Source of the DNA: Candidatus Collierbacteria bacterium
Lineage (GTDB): Bacteria; Patescibacteriota; Microgenomatia; UBA1400; MFAQ01
Length of the DNA stretch: 46,538 bases
Assembly: GCA_903873735.1 (NCBI GenBank)
Contig: CAIQPO010000037.1
Coordinates: forward strand, 1-46,538
Reading direction: 5' to 3'
The notes under the pieces are model-generated. The model saw only the letters and a program-made list of their open reading frames with translations. It was not told where the DNA came from and made no database searches. Position 1 is the first letter of the stretch. Each line of letters opens with the position of its first letter. Made by a program: the position numbers and the translations under genes. This document shows, piece after piece, positions 28,307 through 34,898 of this stretch.

Positions 28307-29719
28307 ATGGTGAAAGAAAATAAGACACAAGAGTTGGAGGAAGATCCTGGAGGTAGGAGGAATAAGGTTACACTTAGAGTTTTTAACATGTCTGAGGATG
28401 TCTGGCCATTTATTAGGGAAATGGGAAATAAGCAGAGCAGAGATACCGAGATTGATGAGAATGCAGGATTGGCTGATAGAGATTTATTCACTGAAGCCCG
28501 CAAGAATGACCGCTATATTTTTATTGCACCAAAACCAATAGATTCAGATTTCTTAAGTTATTATCGTAAGCTGTTTAAAACTACAAATCTCGAAGTGTGG
28601 GTGCCTAAAACACATTCTGGAGTAATTTCTAAAGACATCATCAGTGATCGAGTCTTATGGAAAAAGATCGTAAAACTAGGGCGACAGACAAATAAGCTGA
28701 CGGTGACCGCATATACAACATCTCCTTATTTCTTAAAACTGCTAACAAAACTAGCGCTTGCGGGGGTTAATATATCAACCCCCAGTGCCCCAAGAGAAAA
28801 GGATGCCTGGACAGTAAATTTTTTTGGTTCTAAAAGTGGAATTAGACAGTTAGCGCAGATGAGTGGATCAAAGGAGCCAGATTTGGTAATGCCTGATGGC
28901 TTGGTGTGTGCAGGAATCTTTGATGCGGCAAAGATTGCAGCTAATAAATATCTGAGGGAGGGAGGAGTGGTGATTAAGACCAACAAGGGCCATGCTGGTG
29001 CAGGAGTGCTCATTTATCGCAAGGGAGATTTGCCTGATAGTTATTCAAGATGTGAGATAAAAATTAGGTCTGATTTGAAGCTTGATGGCTATTGGAGCAG
29101 ATTTCCGATAGTGGTGGAGTCTTTAATTGAACCTAACTATAAAATTGGTGGTGGATTTCCAAACACTGAGTTTTTAATTAAGCCAAATGGTGAAGTTGAG
29201 CTACTTTACTATTGTGGCATGAGGGTTGACGAAAAGGGAGTTTTCAAGGGGGTAGAAATATCAGATGATGCAATGCCTAAAAAAGTAGCAACAAGAATTA
29301 TTGATACTGGTTTTTTTATTGGAGAAGAGTACGCTAAACGAGGGTATCGTGGATATTTTGACGTGGATTTTATAGCCTCGAAGAAAGGAGAGATTTATAC
29401 AAATGAGTCAAACGTACGATTTACTGGTGGAACACATGTATACAAAGCAGCCAGGGAGTTAGTGGGGAAAAAATTTATGAATAAAGTTTGTGTCCTGTCT
29501 CATAATTCTTATGAGATTAGAAGAAGAAAGATATATTCCTTTGATGAATTATTATCAAAAATAAGCCCTTATCTTTTTGATAAGAAAAGTAAGGAGGGTG
29601 TGGTGGTGGCGTCAGCAAGTCTTTTGGCTCAGAGGAAGCTGGCGTATATCGTTTTTGGGAAGAATAGGAAACGAGCGGAGAAGATCGAAGGTTTTATGGA
29701 GAACGCAATTAATTCCTAA
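28307..29719 (+). CDS. ATP-grasp superfamily ligase (possibly a PGM1-like peptide or carboxylate-amine ligase)
   Basis: 470-aa ORF, one of only two plus-strand genes. ATP-grasp-like motifs are GGVVIKTNKGHAGAGVLI, VVESLIEP and GYFDVDFIASKKGEIYTNESNVRFTGG. The start codon is uncertain because no SD lies at proper spacing. Confidence 0.65.
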   Translation: MVKENKTQELEEDPGGRRNKVTLRVFNMSEDVWPFIREMGNKQSRDTEIDENAGLADRDLFTEARKNDRYIFIAPKPIDSDFLSYYRKLFKTTNLEVWVPKTHSGVISKDIISDRVLWKKIVKLGRQTNKLTVTAYTTSPYFLKLLTKLALAGVNISTPSAPREKDAWTVNFFGSKSGIRQLAQMSGSKEPDLVMPDGLVCAGIFDAAKIAANKYLREGGVVIKTNKGHAGAGVLIYRKGDLPDSYSRCEIKIRSDLKLDGYWSRFPIVVESLIEPNYKIGGGFPNTEFLIKPNGEVELLYYCGMRVDEKGVFKGVEISDDAMPKKVATRIIDTGFFIGEEYAKRGYRGYFDVDFIASKKGEIYTNESNVRFTGGTHVYKAARELVGKKFMNKVCVLSHNSYEIRRRKIYSFDELLSKISPYLFDKKSKEGVVVASASLLAQRKLAYIVFGKNRKRAEKIEGFMENAINS

Positions 29720-29726
29720 AGAGAGC

Positions 29727-30794
29727 TTACCACTTGGGTAAGAATGATTTGATGTTGTCTGGGGTGAGATGAACAGTCTTGGTTTGCCCAGTAACAACCA
29801 TATAAGCCACCTTACGAACAATACCGTCGATAGTGCGACCAAGAGTACGAATACCAGCGTCGTACCCTAGGGGGCGAATAATTTGAGGCCAAAGCTCAGG
29901 GTCGATGGTAATAACTGAAGCATCCATGCCTGCATTGGTAAGGGACTTGGGGAATAAAAATTCCTGGGCGATATGCATCTTTTCTTCGTCGGTATAGGAA
30001 GGCATTTGGATAGGCTCCAAACGGTCCATGACGGCTGTGGCAAGGTTCCCGGTGTTGTTGGCGGTGGCGATAAACATTACTTCAGATAAATCTACAGGGT
30101 AGTCAACAAAATGGTCGAGGAAGCGATTGTTTTGGTTTGGATCTAAGAGTTCAACCAGAACACCCATGATATCCATACGAGCTTCTTCTGTGACACGGTC
30201 GATTTCATCAAGAAGAATAATGGGGTTTTTTACTCCCGCATCACACATGGCACGGATAATATAGCCTGGTTCAGCCTCTACATGAAGCCTGGACTTTCCT
30301 CTTAGGTCCTGGGCAGAACCCAAACCTCCAAATGGAATACGCCCGATAGGTCTTCCGAGAGCTTCAGAAAGAGCATATGCGAAAGTTGTTTTTCCGGTGC
30401 CAACCAAACCAACAAGACAGATGATTGGAGCTCTGGCAGCACCCAAACCCTTGGTGGATCTTAGCTTGAGGATTGACATGTACTCAATAATGCGTTCTTT
30501 GACGATGTCCATTCCATAGTGGGATTTGTCCATGGAATCTCTTATTGATGTGAGATCAATTGGTTTCTCTACTCTACCTTGCCAGGGTACTTTTACAATC
30601 CAGTCGAGGTAATGACTAACTTTCTCGAACTCTTCGGAGTAGAAGCCTTGAGAAAACATTCTTTCAAGCCTTGCCACCATACCAGAAGCCTTTTCTTTTA
30701 GCTCTGGAGGAAGCTCAACAGAGTTTAGTTTTTTATTTAGCTGTTCTAGATCTCTTTGAGCGGCATTGGTTGAAGTACTGGCAGTATTGTCCAC
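29727..30794 (-). CDS. Lon-like AAA+ ATPase module without an S16 protease domain or Lon N-domain
   Basis: 355-aa ORF with a GTG start. It shows the Lon-specific YLDWIVKVPW, Walker A GLVGTGKTT, Walker B ILLDEIDR, sensor ATAN, DRLE and AGIRTLGR. It ends where the Lon protease domain would begin. Confidence 0.85.
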   Translation of the reverse strand: MDNTASTSTNAAQRDLEQLNKKLNSVELPPELKEKASGMVARLERMFSQGFYSEEFEKVSHYLDWIVKVPWQGRVEKPIDLTSIRDSMDKSHYGMDIVKERIIEYMSILKLRSTKGLGAARAPIICLVGLVGTGKTTFAYALSEALGRPIGRIPFGGLGSAQDLRGKSRLHVEAEPGYIIRAMCDAGVKNPIILLDEIDRVTEEARMDIMGVLVELLDPNQNNRFLDHFVDYPVDLSEVMFIATANNTGNLATAVMDRLEPIQMPSYTDEEKMHIAQEFLFPKSLTNAGMDASVITIDPELWPQIIRPLGYDAGIRTLGRTIDGIVRKVAYMVVTGQTKTVHLTPDNIKSFLPKW

Positions 30795-30820
30795 AATTTC
30801 ATTATATATAAAGATTAAGA

Positions 30821-30845
30821 CAAAAGAGGCCGGTTTCCCGGCCTC
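30821..30845 (-). terminator. Rho-independent terminator after pnp
   Basis: Minus strand has an 8-bp stem GAGGCCGG/CCGGCCTC with a GAAA loop, followed by TTTTGT. It lies 5 nt after the pnp stop. Confidence 0.85.
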
Positions 30846-30850
30846 GATTG

Positions 30851-32998
30851 TTATCTATTATCTCTAAATTTGCGATAACTTGGTCTGTCTGGTCTACCTT
30901 GACCAGAACCTCCCTGAAAATCTCTTCTAGGTTGTGGAGGTATTGGTTTCTCACCTTCCTTAAGAGTGGTGAGGTTTACCCTACCTAGGTCATCAACCTC
31001 TCTAACTCTCACCTCTAGCTTATCTCCAACCTTTAGGGTTCGATAAGTGTCAGGGTGGATTTGAGAAATGTGTACCAGTCCATCTTTCCCAGGAAGAATA
31101 TTAACAAAGGCTCCGAAGGCTTCGATTCTAGCTACTGTGCCTTGATATGTGGCACCAATCTCGGCTTCAGCAACTAAACTATCAATGTAAGCTCTGGCTC
31201 CATCAACTTTTGATTGATCTGTGCCTGTGACTGTAACTTTTCCAGTATCGTCTATGTCTACTTCTACTCCGAAGTCTGCTTGAATCTGGCGAATTGTTTT
31301 ACCACCTGATCCAATGATTTCACCAATTCTGTCTTCAGGAACTTTGGTGGACACTATCTTGGGTGCATACTGACTAAGCGATTGTCTGGGTTTATCTATG
31401 ATTGCAGTCATTTTAGACAAAATTTCCAGTCTTCCTCTTTTGGCTTGGTCAATGGCTGTGCCAAGAACTGATGCATTTATACCGGGAACTTTCACATCCA
31501 TCTGAAGGGCGGTGATACCGTCTGAGGTACCAGCTACTTTGAAATCCATATCTCCAAGATGGTCTTCTAGTCCACAAATGTCAGTGAGAGTGATGAATTG
31601 TTTTTCATCAGTGATCAAACCCATGGCGACACCAGCAACTGGCTTGGAAATTGGTACACCAGCATCCATAAGGGCTAGGGTAGAGCCACAAACTGATGCT
31701 TGTGAGGTAGAACCATTTGAGCTTAAAACTTCAGATACCACTCTAATTGCGTATGGGAAAACATCTTCTTGAGGTAATACTGGGAGAAGAGCTCTTTCAG
31801 CGAGTGCTCCATGTCCGATTTCTCTTCTTCCTGTTCCTGGTCTTCCAACTTCACCAGAGGCAAATCCAGGCATGTTGTAGTGATGCATATATCTCTTGGT
31901 TGACTCACCTTTCATACCTTCTAGTAGCTGGGATCTGGCTGGTGAAGCGAGTGTAGCAACAGATAGCACGTGAGTGAGACCTCTTTGGAAGTATCCAGAA
32001 CCATGAGTTCTTGGAAGAAGTCCAACTTCTACATTGATTGGGCGAATTTCTTCAACCTGTCTGCCATCTGGTCTGACCTTGGTGTCGAGAATCTGCTTTC
32101 TGGCGATATCGCGAAGCAGATCATGAGCAACCTCTTTGATGTCATTTGGGTTTATTTCAGGATGGGAAGTGCAGATAGTAGTGGTTAAGTCTGACAATTG
32201 AGTACCAGTTTTGGTGGCTTCGTTTTTTAGGATTTCTGTGAGATCTCCAAGCTCCTTCTCTACCAATTTCTTAACATCGTCTGCAATAACTTTAGGAGTG
32301 AGGGTAACTTTCTCTTTACCGTGAGCTTTGGCAAAGTCGTTTATAGTACTAACGATTAAATCAATATATGATTGAGCTGCATTTAAGGCGCCAATCATTT
32401 TTTCTTCACTGACTTCTTTGGCACCAGCCTCAACCATGGAAATACTACCTGCGGGACCAGAAACTACCAAGTCAAGGAGTGACGTTTCTTTTTCTGTGTT
32501 GCTTGGGTTGATGAGATATTCACCATTAGCGTTTAGTCCAATTCTTACAGCTCCAACGGGTCCTTGCCAAGGATAGTGAGAAACTGCAACAGCCGCAGAA
32601 GCAGCGATTACAGCTAAGATTTCTGGTTCTTCCTGACCATCTATGGATAGAGGGTAGGAGATTATTTGAACATCGTTTCTTGAAGATTGATCAAAAAGAG
32701 GGCGTAGAGATCTGTCGATTAGTCTGCCGGTTAGAATTTCATTTTCTGAAGGTCTACCTTCACGTTTAATGAAGCGATTTGAGCTAATTACTCCTCCTGC
32801 GTAGTGTTTTTCTTGGTATTCAATCGAGAGAGGGAAGTAGTCGATACCTTCTCTGGGATTGCCTGCAGTAACTGCAGCAAAAACAACAGTATCGCCACAT
32901 GTGACTGTGACAGCACCGGAACTTTGGGCACCAAAGTGACCAGTTTCAATAATTATTTTTTTACCATTGAGGTCAATGGTGGTTTGGGGGTAGGACAT
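30851..32998 (-). CDS. pnp: Polyribonucleotide nucleotidyltransferase (PNPase)
   Basis: 715-aa ORF with two RNase PH domains, KH (GSGGKTIRQI) and S1 (GTVARIEAFGAFV) domains, and a basic C-terminal tail. Confidence 0.98.
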   Translation of the reverse strand: MSYPQTTIDLNGKKIIIETGHFGAQSSGAVTVTCGDTVVFAAVTAGNPREGIDYFPLSIEYQEKHYAGGVISSNRFIKREGRPSENEILTGRLIDRSLRPLFDQSSRNDVQIISYPLSIDGQEEPEILAVIAASAAVAVSHYPWQGPVGAVRIGLNANGEYLINPSNTEKETSLLDLVVSGPAGSISMVEAGAKEVSEEKMIGALNAAQSYIDLIVSTINDFAKAHGKEKVTLTPKVIADDVKKLVEKELGDLTEILKNEATKTGTQLSDLTTTICTSHPEINPNDIKEVAHDLLRDIARKQILDTKVRPDGRQVEEIRPINVEVGLLPRTHGSGYFQRGLTHVLSVATLASPARSQLLEGMKGESTKRYMHHYNMPGFASGEVGRPGTGRREIGHGALAERALLPVLPQEDVFPYAIRVVSEVLSSNGSTSQASVCGSTLALMDAGVPISKPVAGVAMGLITDEKQFITLTDICGLEDHLGDMDFKVAGTSDGITALQMDVKVPGINASVLGTAIDQAKRGRLEILSKMTAIIDKPRQSLSQYAPKIVSTKVPEDRIGEIIGSGGKTIRQIQADFGVEVDIDDTGKVTVTGTDQSKVDGARAYIDSLVAEAEIGATYQGTVARIEAFGAFVNILPGKDGLVHISQIHPDTYRTLKVGDKLEVRVREVDDLGRVNLTTLKEGEKPIPPQPRRDFQGGSGQGRPDRPSYRKFRDNR

Positions 32999-33115
32999 GG
33001 CCTATTCCTTTCTTTCATAGGCGCCTCTGCTTCCTTGAGAAGAAAACAGAAGATACTCGCAACACCACCCTGGTTTTTACCAAGGAAGCGGATATTCTCT
33101 ATTTACTCCTCAAGC

Positions 33116-33406
33116 TTATTTAGCCGAGTCGCGTAGCTGACTGTTAATGTTTAGGTTTTTGGTAATTTCGGTATAGTCGGTGGAGTTGGATTTACTTAAG
33201 TAGTTTAGAAGTCTACGTCTCTTGGAGATGATTTTAAGAAGTCCTCTTCGGGAATGGTTGTCTTTTTTGTGGACCTTTAAGTGGTTAGTTAGCTCGTCGA
33301 TTTGAGCAGTGAGGAGAGCTATTTGGACGCGAGGAGAACCAGTGTCTTTGTCACTGGCAGCAAATTTCTTAATGATATCGATTTTGGTGTCTGTTTTTAA
33401 AGCCAT
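33116..33406 (-). CDS. rpsO: 30S ribosomal protein S15
   Basis: S15 motifs [28 protein letters not shown] are present. I prefer ATG at 33406 (MALKTD). The ORF-track start at 33412 is a TTG. Confidence 0.93.
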   Translation of the reverse strand: MALKTDTKIDIIKKFAASDKDTGSPRVQIALLTAQIDELTNHLKVHKKDNHSRRGLLKIISKRRRLLNYLSKSNSTDYTEITKNLNINSQLRDSAK

Positions 33407-33418
33407 ATTCAAGGGTGT

Positions 33419-33447
33419 ATTGTATCAGAGTCAATAGTTTTTGCCAA
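33419..33447 (-). promoter_or_regulatory. sigma70-like promoter of rpsO
   Basis: Minus strand reads TTGGCA, 17 nt, TACAAT. The -10 ends 12 nt before the rpsO ATG, giving a very short leader. Confidence 0.5.
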
Positions 33448-33458
33448 CTATGTAATGA

Positions 33459-33485
33459 CAAAAAAAGGAGGGCATGGCCCTCCTT
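33459..33485 (-). terminator. Rho-independent terminator of the 144-aa exoprotein cassette
   Basis: Minus strand has a 9-bp stem AAGGAGGGC/GCCCTCCTT with a 3-nt loop, followed by TTTTTGT. It starts 9 nt after the ORF stop. Confidence 0.85.
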
Positions 33486-33493
33486 GAGTTGAG

Positions 33494-33928
33494 TTATTTA
33501 AAGATTCCGGTTTTTTCCCAGAATAATGATAGATCACCCACATCTTCAACATACAGACCGAACAGGCCAAATTCTGGGTGCTGGCTGAAGTCGTAGTGAG
33601 GCGACCAGGGCTCTCCGTAGCGGATGTCGATGCCGGTGAGCCTTGACCCGAAGTAGGCGCTCAAGACATTGGAGAAGCTGTAATTGCCACGAAGGCAGTA
33701 TGCCTTACCCGCTTCGTTGAAACAATGCTCCTCATCGGGATACAGCACATAGTCAGTACCATTGTGGTCGGAGACCCAGTACACTGCAGAGATATTTGTA
33801 GGTGAATGGAAATCCGGCTGGTAGCCAAGGTACTTATCTTTGATCTTCAACCCTAGCAGGAGAAGTATCAGCATGGCGAAGATTACGATGAAAAAACAAA
33901 TCCAGGCGAGAAGATCTTTTCGTGTCAT
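33494..33928 (-). CDS. Membrane-anchored 144-aa protein (N-terminal TM or signal anchor, ~110-aa extracytoplasmic domain), function unknown
   Basis: I prefer ATG at 33928 (MTRKDLLAWICFFIVIFAMLILLLLGL), 6 nt after GGAGG. The longer ORF-track start at 33979 overlaps the predicted promoter (TAGAAT -10 element). Codon bias is C/G-ending. Confidence 0.65.
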   Translation of the reverse strand: MTRKDLLAWICFFIVIFAMLILLLLGLKIKDKYLGYQPDFHSPTNISAVYWVSDHNGTDYVLYPDEEHCFNEAGKAYCLRGNYSFSNVLSAYFGSRLTGIDIRYGEPWSPHYDFSQHPEFGLFGLYVEDVGDLSLFWEKTGIFK

Positions 33929-33969
33929 TTGTGACCTCCAGACTTGAGTAAAGGTACAAGAATGCGTCC

Positions 33970-33998
33970 ATTCTAGCACGAAATTGGTAAAATTGCAA
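33970..33998 (-). promoter_or_regulatory. sigma70-like promoter of the 144-aa exoprotein cassette
   Basis: Minus strand reads TTGCAA, 17 nt, TAGAAT. It starts 12 nt after the DHH-like gene stop. Confidence 0.6.
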
Positions 33999-34009
33999 AC
34001 TATGGGATA

Positions 34010-34894
34010 TTACTTTGCTGCAGGAAAATCTCCGCCTCTGAATATTTTTGGCCTTTTCCAGTCTGAGGGGATTGGGGCTTCTGTTTGAGAATCTTCTGGT
34101 GGGGTATGTGGAGCAAATGGTGAGTCAAAAAAGGCTGGCTGGTTTAGTTTGGAAATGGAGCTATGCTGGCTTGGAAGTCGACCGCCATGTTTCATTAAGA
34201 GGGAAATAGAGGAAAATGTTTCTGGAGATGTTTTTGCGGAAGTGAGATTTGTAGTGGCAGAGTAAATTGCATTGATCAGCTCTGAGGCTGACTCTTGAGG
34301 TATGTCTAGTGAGGCACTTTCGATAACAAGGGCGATTAGTTCTGAATAAGAGTTGTAGGAGTAGTGAAGTGACTGGCAGGCAAACTGGGCTGGTCGGGGG
34401 TTGTTGCTAATTGAAAGTATATTGGCAGAATCGATATAGATCTTTTCTTCAGAGTAGATTCTACCCAACTCTTCGAGTGAAAAAATACCGAGCACGATAG
34501 CTAGATCTGCATCAGCACCTGAATAAGTAAATTTGGCGGAGGATATATCAGGGACAGGGGCATTAGCTTTAGGCTTAACAACTAAATAAAATCTACCATC
34601 GTCTTTGATATCATAGTCAACTTTTTCAAGATCTGATTCTTGGTAGTCGAAGGAGATTATTAGGTTTTTAGAGCCAATGGAATCCTTTATGTGCTCAATT
34701 CCATAAATATTTAGAGACGACAGTATTGTTTCACATCCGATCTGGGATTCTTTACCAGATTGATTCAAGGACAGATGAAGAGTAAGGGCGGCAGAAACCT
34801 GGTCTTGAGTAGGCTCCGGAGGTAGGATAATGACGATCTTTTTGGCTGATTTTATTGACTGGGCGGCTTGATTGATTGCGTCTTCAAGATTCAT
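34010..34894 (-). CDS. DHH/NrnA-like protein with degenerate catalytic motifs
   Basis: 294-aa ORF downstream of infB. The layout resembles DHH-DHHA1 phosphoesterases, but motif positions read ILPPEPTQDQVSAA and LSISNNPRP instead of the Asp/His-rich motifs and DHH. The C-terminal tail is Pro-rich. Confidence 0.45.
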   Translation of the reverse strand: MNLEDAINQAAQSIKSAKKIVIILPPEPTQDQVSAALTLHLSLNQSGKESQIGCETILSSLNIYGIEHIKDSIGSKNLIISFDYQESDLEKVDYDIKDDGRFYLVVKPKANAPVPDISSAKFTYSGADADLAIVLGIFSLEELGRIYSEEKIYIDSANILSISNNPRPAQFACQSLHYSYNSYSELIALVIESASLDIPQESASELINAIYSATTNLTSAKTSPETFSSISLLMKHGGRLPSQHSSISKLNQPAFFDSPFAPHTPPEDSQTEAPIPSDWKRPKIFRGGDFPAAK

Positions 34895-34898
34895 ATTG

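Noticed and set aside
28282-28503. 73-aa minus-strand ORF at the start of the ATP-grasp gene
   Set aside because: It is antisense to the much longer motif-bearing plus-strand ORF.
33929-33979. 17-codon N-terminal extension of the 144-aa ORF (MLEWTHSCTFTQVWRSQ)
   Set aside because: Its ATG lies inside the predicted promoter (overlapping the TAGAAT -10 element). The downstream ATG at 33928 has GGAGG at ideal spacing and starts a typical signal anchor.
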